Source: Candidatus Ventricola sp.
GTDB taxonomy: Bacteria > Bacillota > Clostridia > Christensenellales > Aristaeellaceae
Direction: 5' to 3'
DNA: 64,000 nucleotides
Assembly (NCBI GenBank): GCA_051883755.1
Contig: JBJEUI010000218.1
Location: 13,430-77,429, forward strand
Shown here: one piece after another, positions 18,345-28,200 of the stretch
How the letters are laid out: each line of letters opens with the position of its first letter
Numbering within the stretch: position 1 is the stretch's first letter
Position numbers and translations under genes: made by a program
The notes under the pieces: model-generated
What the model saw: the letters and a program-made list of their open reading frames with translations, nothing else
What the model was told of the DNA's origin: nothing
Database searches by the model: none

Positions 18345-19652
18345 ATGAAAAAGATTGTCATTGCCGGCGCGGGCTCGTATCACTTTGCCCCCGCCATTTT
18401 TGAAGACCTCTTTGTTCGCTGGCGCACGCCGGTGGAGGTGTGGATGGTCGACAGCGACCTGGACATGGCGGAGCTGTCCGCCCGCGGCGCACAGGCCTTA
18501 GCGCGCGCGTTCGGCTGTGAGGCGCGGTTTTACTACACGACGCAGCTGAGCAAGGCGACGTTCTCTGCCGATGCGGTCATCTTCTGCGCGGACTTCCTCG
18601 ACGAGGAGGCCTGGAAGCAGGACCTCAAGGCGCTCGACGATGTGGGCCTGGGCAAGCAGGTGCGCCTGCGCGGCGGCATCGGCGGCGCGATGCAGACGAT
18701 GCGCGTGCTCGACTTCATCACCGACCTGGCGACGCAGATGAGCGAGGAATGCCCGGATGCGCCGCTGATCCTCTGTGACAGCGGCTTTGGCGGCATCCAG
18801 ATGGCGCGCGCGTGCGAGTGCGCGCAGCGCTTCTGCGGCGTGCGCACGCTGGGCGTGAGCGGCGTGACCGAGCAGACGGGAAAGCGCCTGGCGCTGTATC
18901 TGGGCGTGAAGGAGGCGGATCTGGACATCACCTGCGCGGGCCTGAACAACTTCTCGTGGGTGACGCGCCTGCGTGACCGCAGGAAGGATGAAGACCTGAT
19001 TCCGCGCTGCATGAAGGAGATGCAGGAGGACTCCCGTGAGGAGCTCTCCAGCCAGTACATCGACTGGTACGGCGCGATTCCGGCGGGCGAGCGCGTGATG
19101 CTCTACGAGCTGCTGGCCGATACGGAGAAGAGCCCGCGCAAGACCGTGCTGCTCTCCGGCGTGGGCCTGGCAGACTATGAGCTGCGCAAGCGCAATCTGG
19201 CGATGCTCGCTGTGCATGGCCCGCTGTCGCCCAAGGGCGCGCAGGCCTGGGGCCAGATCCGCACAAGCGGCCTGCAGACGGCGCGGCCGGTGGAGATCCT
19301 GCGCGCGCTCTGGGGCGAGGGCGACTGCAGGGTGCCGAACCTCAACATGCCGTGCGACGGCGCGGTCGAGGGCGTGGCCCCAGGCCGCTTTGTGGAGTGC
19401 CCGGCGGCCGTGACGGCGGAGGGCGCGCAAGGCGAAAATGTGGAGCTGCCGGTGGAGCTGCATGACCTGATGGGCCAGCTGAGCCTGACCAACGTGCTCT
19501 ACGCCGAGGCGGCGTGCTCCGGCAGCCGCGTGGCGCTGCGCGAGGCGATGGAGATCGATCCGGCGCTCACGGGCATCGATTTGCTCTATACAGAAGGCGT
19601 ACTTTCTGATATGATGGAGACACAGAAGGAGAAGCTCAAGCGCTTCTTCTGA
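18345..19652 (+). CDS. GH4-like (NAD-dependent glycosidase family 4 fold) protein with substituted metal-ligand positions
   Basis: MKKIVIAGAGSYHFAP resembles the GH4 Rossmann start (KIxxIGAGS). AGLNNFSWV resembles the GH4 GLNHFxW motif. ATG 18345 was chosen and the RBS is weak. Confidence 0.55.
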   Translation: MKKIVIAGAGSYHFAPAIFEDLFVRWRTPVEVWMVDSDLDMAELSARGAQALARAFGCEARFYYTTQLSKATFSADAVIFCADFLDEEAWKQDLKALDDVGLGKQVRLRGGIGGAMQTMRVLDFITDLATQMSEECPDAPLILCDSGFGGIQMARACECAQRFCGVRTLGVSGVTEQTGKRLALYLGVKEADLDITCAGLNNFSWVTRLRDRRKDEDLIPRCMKEMQEDSREELSSQYIDWYGAIPAGERVMLYELLADTEKSPRKTVLLSGVGLADYELRKRNLAMLAVHGPLSPKGAQAWGQIRTSGLQTARPVEILRALWGEGDCRVPNLNMPCDGAVEGVAPGRFVECPAAVTAEGAQGENVELPVELHDLMGQLSLTNVLYAEAACSGSRVALREAMEIDPALTGIDLLYTEGVLSDMMETQKEKLKRFF

Positions 19653-19679
19653 CTGACTTTCCGGGAAGAGAGGAATCCC

Positions 19680-20561
19680 ATGTTTATTGCAGACAAGTGG
19701 CAGGACTATGAGGTGCTCGACTGCGGCGGCGGCGAGAAGCTGGAGCGGTGGGGCCATGTGTACCTGCGCCGTCCGGACCCGCAGGCCATCTGGCCCGCGC
19801 GCGATCCGTCGCTGTGGCGCAAGGCACAGGCACACTATCACCGCAGCGAGAAGGGCGGCGGCAGCTGGGAGTTCTTTGACAGGCTTCCGGAGCGCTGGGA
19901 AGTGAACTATCGCTGCAACGATGACGCACTCAGGTTCTATGTCCGCCCGACGGGCTTCAAGCACACGGGCCTCTTCCCGGAGCAGGCGGCCAACTGGGAC
20001 TGGATGAACGGCCTGGTCAAGGCCCGCCGCGCCGAGGGCCGCGAGGTGCGCGTGCTCAACCTGTTTGCCTATACCGGCGGCGCGACGATGGCCTGCGCTG
20101 CGGCGGGCGCGCAGGTGTGCCACTGCGACGCGGCCAAGGGCATGGTGCAGTGGGCAAGGGAGAACCGCGAGCTGAGCGGCCTGCCGGAGGACAGCACGCG
20201 CTGGATCATCGACGATGCGCTCAAGTTCGTGCAGCGCGAGGCGCGGCGCGGCCGCCTCTACGACGGCATCCTGATGGACCCGCCCAGCTACGGGCGCGGC
20301 CCGGGCGGCGAGGTCTGGAAGCTGGAAAACGAGCTCTATGGCCTGGTGAAGGCGGCGAGCGAGGCGCTGTGCGAGGATCCGCTGTTCTTCCTGCTCAACG
20401 GCTACACGACGGGCTTCCAGGCGAGCGTGCTGGGCAATATGGTCGATATGTGCGTGACCTCCCGCTTCGGCGGCGAGGTGAAGGCGGACGAGCTCTGCCT
20501 GCCGGTCAGCGCCGGCGGCGTGCTGCCCTGCGGCACCAGCGGACGCTGGCAGAAGAAGTAA
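19680..20561 (+). CDS. Class I SAM-dependent (rRNA-type, COG1092-like) methyltransferase
   Basis: MFIADKWQDYEVLDCGGGEKLERWG N-terminus. SAM motif VLNLFAYTGG, then ILMDPPSYGRG. Confidence 0.85.
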   Translation: MFIADKWQDYEVLDCGGGEKLERWGHVYLRRPDPQAIWPARDPSLWRKAQAHYHRSEKGGGSWEFFDRLPERWEVNYRCNDDALRFYVRPTGFKHTGLFPEQAANWDWMNGLVKARRAEGREVRVLNLFAYTGGATMACAAAGAQVCHCDAAKGMVQWARENRELSGLPEDSTRWIIDDALKFVQREARRGRLYDGILMDPPSYGRGPGGEVWKLENELYGLVKAASEALCEDPLFFLLNGYTTGFQASVLGNMVDMCVTSRFGGEVKADELCLPVSAGGVLPCGTSGRWQKK

Positions 20562-20564
20562 GCT

Positions 20565-21278
20565 ATGGAAAACTACCACGGCATCCGCATCGTCTATGAG
20601 GACAACCACCTGCTGGTGGTCGTCAAGCCGCCGAACATGCCCACGCAGGCGGACGTCTCCGGCGATCCCGACCTGCACAGCACGATGAAGCAGTACATCG
20701 CGGAGAAGTATAATAAGCCCGGCGCGGTCTATCTGGGCCTGGTGCACAGGCTCGACCGGCCGGTGGGCGGCCTTGTGGTGCTGGCCAGAACGAGCAAGGC
20801 CGCCGACAGGCTCAGCGCGCAGGTGCGCGAAAAGACGCTTGCGCGCCAGTATGTCGCCGCTGTGCGCGGCAGCACGCCGGGGCACATGGAGCTCAATGAC
20901 TGGCTGCTCAAGGACGAACGAACCAACACCGTGCGCGCGGTGGCGGCGGGCACGCCCGGCGCAAAGGACGCCCGGCTTGTCTATGAAAAAGCGGGCGAGG
21001 CGGACGGGCTGTCGCTCATCCGCGTGAAGCTCTTCACCGGCAGATCACATCAGATCCGCGTGCAGACGTCCCATTCGGGCTTCCCCATCTGGGGAGACGC
21101 GCGCTACGGCGCGGGCAAACCCGGCGAGCAGATTGCGCTGTGGGGCGCGCATCTGGGCCTTGTGCATCCCACGAAGAAAGAGGAGATGCAGTTTACCGCG
21201 ATGCCGCCCGCTGACACACGTCCCTGGCGCGGCTTCGGCGAGGAGATCTGGAGGAGAGAAGCGGAGATTCTGCTGTAG
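20565..21278 (+). CDS. RluA-family pseudouridine synthase
   Basis: Catalytic motif HRLDRPVGGLVVLARTSKAA, plus HQIRVQ. Confidence 0.9.
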   Translation: MENYHGIRIVYEDNHLLVVVKPPNMPTQADVSGDPDLHSTMKQYIAEKYNKPGAVYLGLVHRLDRPVGGLVVLARTSKAADRLSAQVREKTLARQYVAAVRGSTPGHMELNDWLLKDERTNTVRAVAAGTPGAKDARLVYEKAGEADGLSLIRVKLFTGRSHQIRVQTSHSGFPIWGDARYGAGKPGEQIALWGAHLGLVHPTKKEEMQFTAMPPADTRPWRGFGEEIWRREAEILL

Positions 21279-21435
21279 ACCGGGAAGAAATCCACAGGCC
21301 CGTTCGTCTTGTGGATAAACCGGCATGATGCCGGCTGCATCGCCGACGAAATGCCGCAAATCCCGCTGCTTTGCGGCCGAGGCCGGTGCTTTGCAGAAGG
21401 ATTTACAGCGTGAATGGCTTGAAAGGATAGGAAAC

Positions 21436-23364
21436 ATGAAACACATTGTGGCGCTTCTTCTGTCGTGCATGCTGCTGCTGGGCGCATGCGCGCTGGCGGA
21501 TGATCAGGCGGAAATGCTGGTCAATGCCGCCGTCAGCGAGCTGGGCTATACCGCCACCAAGGGCGGCTACAGCAAGTACGGCGAGTGGGGCGGCAATGCC
21601 TACGGCGAGTGGTGCTCGGAGTTCGTCTCCTGGTGCGTGGCGCGCGCGGACGAGGTCTACGGCACGTCCATGCTCGGCACGGACTATCCGCTGCAGACCA
21701 CCTGCGCGGACGGCGCCGCCTGGTTCAAGGAGCGCGGACGCTACATCACCGTGAACGGCGGCCTGAAGGGCGAGGAGGGCCAGTTCTACCTCGAGGACGG
21801 CGTGTCCGTTGCGGACAGGCCGTATGTCCCGCAGCGCGGCGATCTCATCTACATCGAGTGGTACAAGTACAACCGGCTCGATCACGTGGGCATCGTCGAG
21901 TTTGTGACGCAGGACTCGGACGGCACCTATCTGGTGCACACCATCGAGGGCAACAACCACATCCTCGGCCCGACGCCGACGCAGGTGCGCCGCTATACCT
22001 ACCGGCTGGACGATGCGTCCATCCGCGGCTACGGCGTGCGCGAAAGCGGTCTGGTAGGCACAGCGCTGAAGATGGGCTCCAGCGGCGATGAGGTCGTCGC
22101 ATTCCAGAAGAACCTGATTGAGCTGGGCTTTTACAACGATGAGCCCGCCGGCAAGTTCGGCAAGGGCACGCAGACGGCCACCAAGAACTATCAGAAGGCG
22201 CGCGGCCTCTCCGCAACCGGCGTGGCTGACCGCGAGACGCTGGTGACGATTGCCGCGGAGATCGAGGAGAAGCAGCAGCAGGCGGAGGCCAAGGCCCAGG
22301 AAAAGGCCGAGGCCGAAGCCCAGGCGATGCTGGAAACGGCGAAGGAAGCGATTGCGGCGAACTGGTTCGGCGAGTTCGATCCGTATGACGAGGAGGCGGC
22401 GTGGAGCCGCCTGATGGAAGACATCACGGTGCTGAACGTCGACCAGAAGGAAAAGGTCTACCTTTCAGACGCTCCTAACGGCAGCAGGAAGACCACGGAT
22501 GCGCACCGCGGCTTTTTTTATGGAGAATCGGTCGGCGTGAAGGTGCTGGATGAGCAGGACGGCTGGTCAAAGATTCAGGCATACAACGACTATGACGAGC
22601 TGGAGGAGGGCTGGGTGCGCCCCGGCCGCCTCAAGACCGTTACGCCGAATCAAACCTGGGGCATGATCGTCGACAAGCGCACGCAGCGGCTGTACCTGTA
22701 CAAGGAGGGCAAGCTGCTCACCGAGCTGCTGGTCTCCACCGGCACCACCACGGGCCAGAATGAGGACTTCTGCGAGACGGCTTCCGGCGACTTCCTGCTC
22801 ATCAGCGCGACGGGCGGCTTCTGGTCGGGCAACCTGTGGTGCGATCAGGCCATTCGCTTCAACGGCGGCGATCTGCTGCACATGGTGCCCGCGGTGTATT
22901 ACGGCGAAAACGCCGGCGTGCTGGCGGATGGCTCCGGCGATTACAGCATCTGCGAAAGCGCGCTGGGCTCCCGCGCGTCCCATGGCTGCATCCGCGTGCA
23001 GCGCAAGGTGAATGAGGACGGATACAACCACGAATGGATCTGGAAGAACCTGAGAAACGAGAAGAACATCAAGCTGATCGTCTGGGATGACGACGGCAGA
23101 AAGCTTGATGAGATGGATGACAGCGCGTCCATCTACTATAACCCCAACGGCGGTGAGAAGTATCACACCGACCAGAACTGCTCGAGCGTGCGCAGCAAGT
23201 ACCTGCCGCTCACCGAGCTCAAGTACGGCACGCTTTCCCGCTATCCCTACACCGACCTGAAGCCCTGCTCCATCTGCCAGGCGCCCGAGCGCCCGGAGGT
23301 CGTCTCCGCGTGGAATGCGGCGATCGAGCAGGCCTATGAGGAGCTGGGTCTTGAGGCCCCGTAA
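21436..23364 (+). CDS. Secreted multidomain cell-wall enzyme: CHAP amidase, PG_binding_1, SH3b, YkuD L,D-transpeptidase and a Cys/His Zn-ribbon-like tail
   Basis: Signal peptide MKHIVALLLSCMLLLGACALA. CHAP residues WCSEFVSW and DHVGIV. PG-binding segment GDEVVAFQKNLIELGFY. YkuD motif SHGCIRV. Tail is KYHTDQNC...CSIC. ATG 21436 was chosen over the ORF-track start at 21325. Confidence 0.8.
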   Translation: MKHIVALLLSCMLLLGACALADDQAEMLVNAAVSELGYTATKGGYSKYGEWGGNAYGEWCSEFVSWCVARADEVYGTSMLGTDYPLQTTCADGAAWFKERGRYITVNGGLKGEEGQFYLEDGVSVADRPYVPQRGDLIYIEWYKYNRLDHVGIVEFVTQDSDGTYLVHTIEGNNHILGPTPTQVRRYTYRLDDASIRGYGVRESGLVGTALKMGSSGDEVVAFQKNLIELGFYNDEPAGKFGKGTQTATKNYQKARGLSATGVADRETLVTIAAEIEEKQQQAEAKAQEKAEAEAQAMLETAKEAIAANWFGEFDPYDEEAAWSRLMEDITVLNVDQKEKVYLSDAPNGSRKTTDAHRGFFYGESVGVKVLDEQDGWSKIQAYNDYDELEEGWVRPGRLKTVTPNQTWGMIVDKRTQRLYLYKEGKLLTELLVSTGTTTGQNEDFCETASGDFLLISATGGFWSGNLWCDQAIRFNGGDLLHMVPAVYYGENAGVLADGSGDYSICESALGSRASHGCIRVQRKVNEDGYNHEWIWKNLRNEKNIKLIVWDDDGRKLDEMDDSASIYYNPNGGEKYHTDQNCSSVRSKYLPLTELKYGTLSRYPYTDLKPCSICQAPERPEVVSAWNAAIEQAYEELGLEAP

Positions 23365-23420
23365 CCGCATCCTGCCGCTGCAGAACGCGGCATTACACAA
23401 GATATTGGAGGCACTTTCCT

Positions 23421-24002
23421 ATGGAACCCTTGAGAATCCCCGGAGTGGGCATGCGCACGGTGAAGACGGCGCTTGCGGTGGCATTCTGCACGCTGGTGTA
23501 TTACTTTGTCGGCCGCAGTCCGGCGTTTGCGTGCATCGGCGTGATCTTCGGCATGGGCTATGACCTCGAGGACGCGCGCAAAAACGGCGGCAACCGCCTT
23601 TTCGGCACGATCATCGGCGGCGTGGTGGGCATCCTGCTCTTCCGGCTGTATCTGGTCTTTGTGCCGGACGGACATCACAGCCTGCTGATGGTTCCCTTGA
23701 TTTTCGTGGGCACCATCATCCTCATCATGGCATGCCAGATGTTCTGGGCAGGCGGCGTGCAGCCCGGCGGCGTTGTGCTGTGCATCCTGCTGTTCAATAC
23801 GCCCGTGGCGACCTACATCGATTACGCCATGAACCGCATCTTTGACACGGCGGTGGGCGTGCTGATCGCGCTGTTTGTCAGCTATGTATTCCCGCGCGGC
23901 TGGATGGAGACGATGCCCAGGCACTATGCGGACATGAAGCTGCACGCGCGCGAGGCATTCAGCCATGTGGCGCTGCATCATCCGACGAAGAGGCAGAAAT
24001 GA
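23421..24002 (+). CDS. Aromatic-acid-exporter (ArAE/FUSC)-type membrane domain protein, short form
   Basis: 193 aa. MRTVKTALAVAFCTLVYYFVGR and NRLFGTIIGGVVG are typical of the ArAE_1 N-terminal domain. The usual cytoplasmic C-terminal half is absent. Confidence 0.65.
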   Translation: MEPLRIPGVGMRTVKTALAVAFCTLVYYFVGRSPAFACIGVIFGMGYDLEDARKNGGNRLFGTIIGGVVGILLFRLYLVFVPDGHHSLLMVPLIFVGTIILIMACQMFWAGGVQPGGVVLCILLFNTPVATYIDYAMNRIFDTAVGVLIALFVSYVFPRGWMETMPRHYADMKLHAREAFSHVALHHPTKRQK

Positions 24003-25009
24003 GAAGACAGAGTATACGGCTTATTTTGGTTTTGCTCGTGCTGACGTGCCTTGCGCCGCACGTGCGGGCGGAGGAAACGGCTCTTGATCCTGCGGACAGG
24101 ATGGTGCAGAGCCTGAGCATCATGTCCCAGCAGGACGAGGCGATTGGAGACATCGCCTACAACACCGCGACCGTGTACCGGCGCGGCTGCAAGCTGGTCT
24201 CGGTCGTCAACGGCGTGATCGCCGCCTTTGGCGTGACGGATCACGAGACGGCGGCGGGGCTCGTGCCGGAGACGCTCGATCTGCTTGTTCCCGGAGGAAA
24301 GCGGAGCAAGCGATCTGTCAATATGGATGGCATTCCCAACCTGGTCGATCCCGTGCTGCGCGCGAGTCAGCAGGAGGAATATCCGAATCTGGCGAAGACG
24401 GTCGGCGCGTATCCCGGCAGCGTGCAGGTGAGTCAGAAGCAGCTGAGCGCGCAGGAGGTGATGGACATCCTGCGCCAGACGCAGACGCCGTCCATGTTTG
24501 TCGGGCGCATGAGCGTTCATCCGGACTGGACGGACGCACTGCAGATCCTCACCGAGCTGCACGAGATGGGCATGGATGACGCGACGCTCAGCCTGGCCTG
24601 TGCGGGTGCGGGCACGGAGAAGCTCGGCACGCCGCTGCGCTCCGGCGAATACGGGCATTACCTGTCGGTGATGTTCCATGTCGGCTCGTTTATGGAAAAC
24701 GGAACCGTCTACGTGCTGGATTCGCTGCCCCGGGCCATCGAGGGGGAAACCTTCGGACGGGCCTATGATCTGCATGCGCAGTATGCCTTTGTGCGCGACA
24801 GCGTGACGAACGCGTTCAACCAGAATTTCTATGCTTCGCGCATCAGCCAGACCGTGATCAAGCTGTCGCTGACGCCGGCGGCGCTGGAAACGCTGCGCGC
24901 TGAGCCGGAGGAGACGGCGCTTGAGCGGCGGGTGAAGCTGTTTAAGCCGCTGGTTCTCTTTGGCTCCTGCGTGATGCTGATCTCCCTGCCCGCGCAGGCA
25001 GTGCAATAA
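23999..25009 (+). CDS. Secreted hypothetical protein; possible C39-like/papain-fold cysteine peptidase
   Basis: ATG overlaps the upstream stop (ATGA). Signal peptide MRRQSIRLILVLLVLTCLAPHVRA. RRGC(64)KLVSVVNG and GH(220)YLSVMFHV...VYVLD(241)S are spaced like a Cys-His-Asp triad. The functional call is weak. Confidence 0.6.
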   Translation: MRRQSIRLILVLLVLTCLAPHVRAEETALDPADRMVQSLSIMSQQDEAIGDIAYNTATVYRRGCKLVSVVNGVIAAFGVTDHETAAGLVPETLDLLVPGGKRSKRSVNMDGIPNLVDPVLRASQQEEYPNLAKTVGAYPGSVQVSQKQLSAQEVMDILRQTQTPSMFVGRMSVHPDWTDALQILTELHEMGMDDATLSLACAGAGTEKLGTPLRSGEYGHYLSVMFHVGSFMENGTVYVLDSLPRAIEGETFGRAYDLHAQYAFVRDSVTNAFNQNFYASRISQTVIKLSLTPAALETLRAEPEETALERRVKLFKPLVLFGSCVMLISLPAQAVQ

Positions 25010-25010
25010 G

Positions 25011-25175
25011 TAATACTAATTCTTGTTAAAATGACCCAATCCGCGCACCATCTTTTCCGCCCTGACTTTGCCTCGTTCCGTTCAACGTACCTCCAGTACG
25101 CCTCACTGCACTTGGCTTCGTCAGAGCGAAAAATCTGATGCGCTCTGTTGGGCATTTTAACTGCGAATTAGTATA
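25011..25175. repeat. About 160-bp imperfect long palindrome (MITE-like or structured element) between convergent genes
   Basis: Outer arms pair: TACTAATTC/GAATTAGTA, TTAAAATG/CATTTTAA, CCCAA/TTGGG, GCGCA/TGCGC and CTGAC/GTCAG. They surround a core of about 53 nt. Only one copy is present in the window. Confidence 0.5.
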
Positions 25176-25209
25176 AATTCCCGAGAGGCTTAACCTTTCG
25201 GGAATTTTT
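25176..25209. terminator. Bidirectional intrinsic terminator
   Basis: AATTCCCGAGAGG-cttaa-CCTTTCGGGAATT with TTTTT on the plus strand and a T-rich run on the minus strand. It ends 3 nt before the GH2 stop. Confidence 0.8.
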
Positions 25210-25211
25210 CG

Positions 25212-28200
25212 TCAGGCGATGATGCCGCAGAAGCTGAACGTGAACGTCAGCGGCTTTTTGACGGGGATGAGGTACTCGTCGTGCGTGCGCGCGCCCCAGC
25301 TGTCGTCGCCGGCAACGCCCATCTGCCTGAGCGCGGCACGGATGACGGTGTAGTGGATGGGCGGCAGCTCGTCCGGATGATCGGCGCATTCCAGCTCGTG
25401 CGGCGTGTAGGGCAGCGCAGAGAACTCCATGCCCTTGCCGGTGAAGCGCAGACCGCGGCCGCGCATGTCCGTCACCTCCGCCCAACGCACGCCGGTGCGG
25501 TTGCCGCATTCCTGCGGGACGAGGTATGGCGTCAGGTTATCCCTGGCCGTCGTGTGCCAGACGCCCAGCTTCGCGCCCTCGCTTCGGTCGCAGTAGCACT
25601 CCTGCGGGCCCATGCCGTACCAGCGGATCCGGTCGTAGTCGGCGTCCAGCTTGAGCATCATGCCGAACTCCGGCATGTCGCCAAGGCCCTTGACCGGGTC
25701 GTAGAGCAGCGTTGCGTCCACCGTGCCGCTGGGATGGACGGTGTAGGTCACGTCGCAGACGGCCTGCGGCGTGGTCGGCAGCAGATAGGTGAAGCGGATG
25801 CTGACGGTGCCGTCGCCCGGCTCCGTGACCTCCGGTCTGCCGGCGAAGGACGGGTTGCGCAGGTTGCAGTACATCGAGGCGAGCTTCCATTGGCCATAGC
25901 GCGCGGGCATGCGGTTGCCGCGGTCGTTGTCTGTGGGCGCGCGCCAGAAGTTGGGGACAGGGATGCTCCTGAGCATCTCCACGCCGCCGAACTTATAGGA
26001 GACCAGACCGTTCTGCTGATAGGAGAACAGCACGCTGAAGTGCTCGCCATGCACGCCCAGGTTCTTCGCGCCGCGAACGATGCGCAGCGGCGCGTGCTGC
26101 GGGCGGACGGCCTCCCCGGCCACCGTCCATACGCCCTGCCCGAACGCGATCTCGTGTCCGCGCGGGGCCCAGGCCGTGTCCTCCCTGAGCGTGAAGGAAA
26201 TGGTCACGGTGTACTCGCCGCCGCGCGTCTGGGGCGCAAAGGGCAGCATGTAGCGGCGCTTTTGCAGCGGCGCGACGGCGGTCCTGAGCGGCGCGCGCGC
26301 GATCTCCACGCCGTCGCGGGCAAGCGTGACGATGCAGTCAAATGCGGCGGTATTCAGGAACATGTGGCGGTTGTGAATGACGACGCTGCGCTCCGTCACG
26401 TCGCAGACGATGTTCTGGTAGTTGTACTTGACCTCCTGCACCTTGGGGCTCTCGCTGCCGTCGCCGAAGAGGATGCCGTTGCCGGAGAAGTTGCCGTCAT
26501 TCGGGCGCTCGCCGAAGTCGCCGCCGTAGCCGAAGCGCACATCGCCGAAGCGGTTCTTCATGCGGATGCTCTGGTCGAGATAGTCCCAGATGAAGCCGCC
26601 CTGGAACAGCGGCTCCTCGTAGGCGTATTCCGTGTACTTGTGCATCGCGCCGTTGGAATTGCCCATGGAGTGCGTGTATTCGCACAGGATGTACGGTTTG
26701 TCGCGGTGCGCCTTCAGGTACTCGCGGATCTTCACGACGGGGATGTACATCGTGGAGACCACGTCGCTCTCCTGGGGATAGCTGGGGACGCGGTATGCGC
26801 CCTCGTAATGGGTGATGCGCGTGTCGTCGAGCGCGCGGAAACGGTCGGCCATCGCGTCGATGACCTTGCCGCCGGCGGATTCGTTGCCGCAGGACCACAT
26901 GAGGATGCAGGCGTGGTTCTTGTCGCGCTGGTAGGTGGAGTTCACGCGGTCCAGCAGGATGTCCAGCCAGTCCATCCGGTCGCCGGGCAGCAGGTACTCC
27001 TTCGGCTTCTGGCCGGAATAGACCATGTCCCACACGCCGTGCGTCTCCATGTTGTTCTCGTCGATGACGTACAGGCCCAGCTCGTCCGCGATGCGGTACA
27101 GGCAGCTGGTGTTCGGGTAATGGCTGGTGCGGATGGCGTTGATGTTGTTGCGCTTCATGGTGATGAGATCGCGGCGCACCTTCCACTCCGGCACGGCGCG
27201 GCCGCTCTCGGCGCAGAAGTCGTGACGGTCCACGCCCTTGAAGACGATGCGCTGCCCGTTGAGGCGCATTACGCTGTCCACGATCTCAAAGCGGCGGAAG
27301 CCCACCTTCTCGCAGACGAACTCGGTTTCCTGTCCGTTCTCGCCAAGCAGCGTCAGCTCCAGATCGTACAGGTTCGGGGCCTCGGCGCTCCACAGCCTGG
27401 GCGCGGGCACGGGCAGGGAGAAGATAACCTCCGCATCTGCGTCCTGCTCGGACATGACGACGGTATCCGCGTCCTTGAGCGCAAGGCACAGGCGGCCGCG
27501 CAGCGCGTCCCTGGCCGAGAGCCGCACAGTCACCTCGAGCACCGCGTCGGTATAGCGGTCATCGAGCAGGGTCTTTACCCTGATATCCTGCATGTGCACG
27601 TCGGGCGCGGCGTAGAGAAACACGTCGCGGAACAGGCCGGAGAAGCGCATGAAGTCCTGATCCTCGATCCAGCTGCCGGAGCACCAGCGCACCACCTGAC
27701 AGCAGAGCTTGTTTTCACCGGGAACGAGATAGGGCGTCAGCTCGAAATCACTGGGCGTGAACGAGTCGGACGAGAAGCCGACGTAATGGCCGTTGAGCCA
27801 GACGATGACGCAGCTCTCGGCGCCCTGGAAGGAGACGAACACGCGCTTGCCGTCAAAGGCCTCCGGCAGGAAGAAGGTCTTGCAGTAGCTGGCGACGGGG
27901 TTGAAATCCTCGGGAATCTCGCCGACCTCGATATCCTCCATGCCGTCCCAGGGATACTGCACGTTGCAGTACTGCGGTGTGCCGTAGCCCTCCATCTGGA
28001 TGTGCGCGGGGACGGGGATGTCCGCCCAGCCGCGGCAGTCGTAGGCGGGAGATTCAAAGCCGTCGATGGTCTGCGCAAAGTTACGGGCATGGTGGAACTT
28101 CCACAGGCCGTTCAGGGAGAAGCGCAGGCTGGTTTCGCCCGCGGCCCATTCCGCGCGCGAGGCGTAGGAAATGTGGTCAGAGTGCGCGGGAACGCGGTTC

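Noticed and set aside
14796-18383. 1195-aa minus-strand ORF opposite ileS
   Set aside because: It is a shadow ORF antisense to a complete ileS with HIGH and KMSKS motifs. It also runs through the T-box leader and terminators.
18498-20885. 795-aa minus-strand ORF opposite the GH4-like, methyltransferase and RluA genes
   Set aside because: It is a shadow ORF crossing three genes and their intergenic spacers. It has no motifs.
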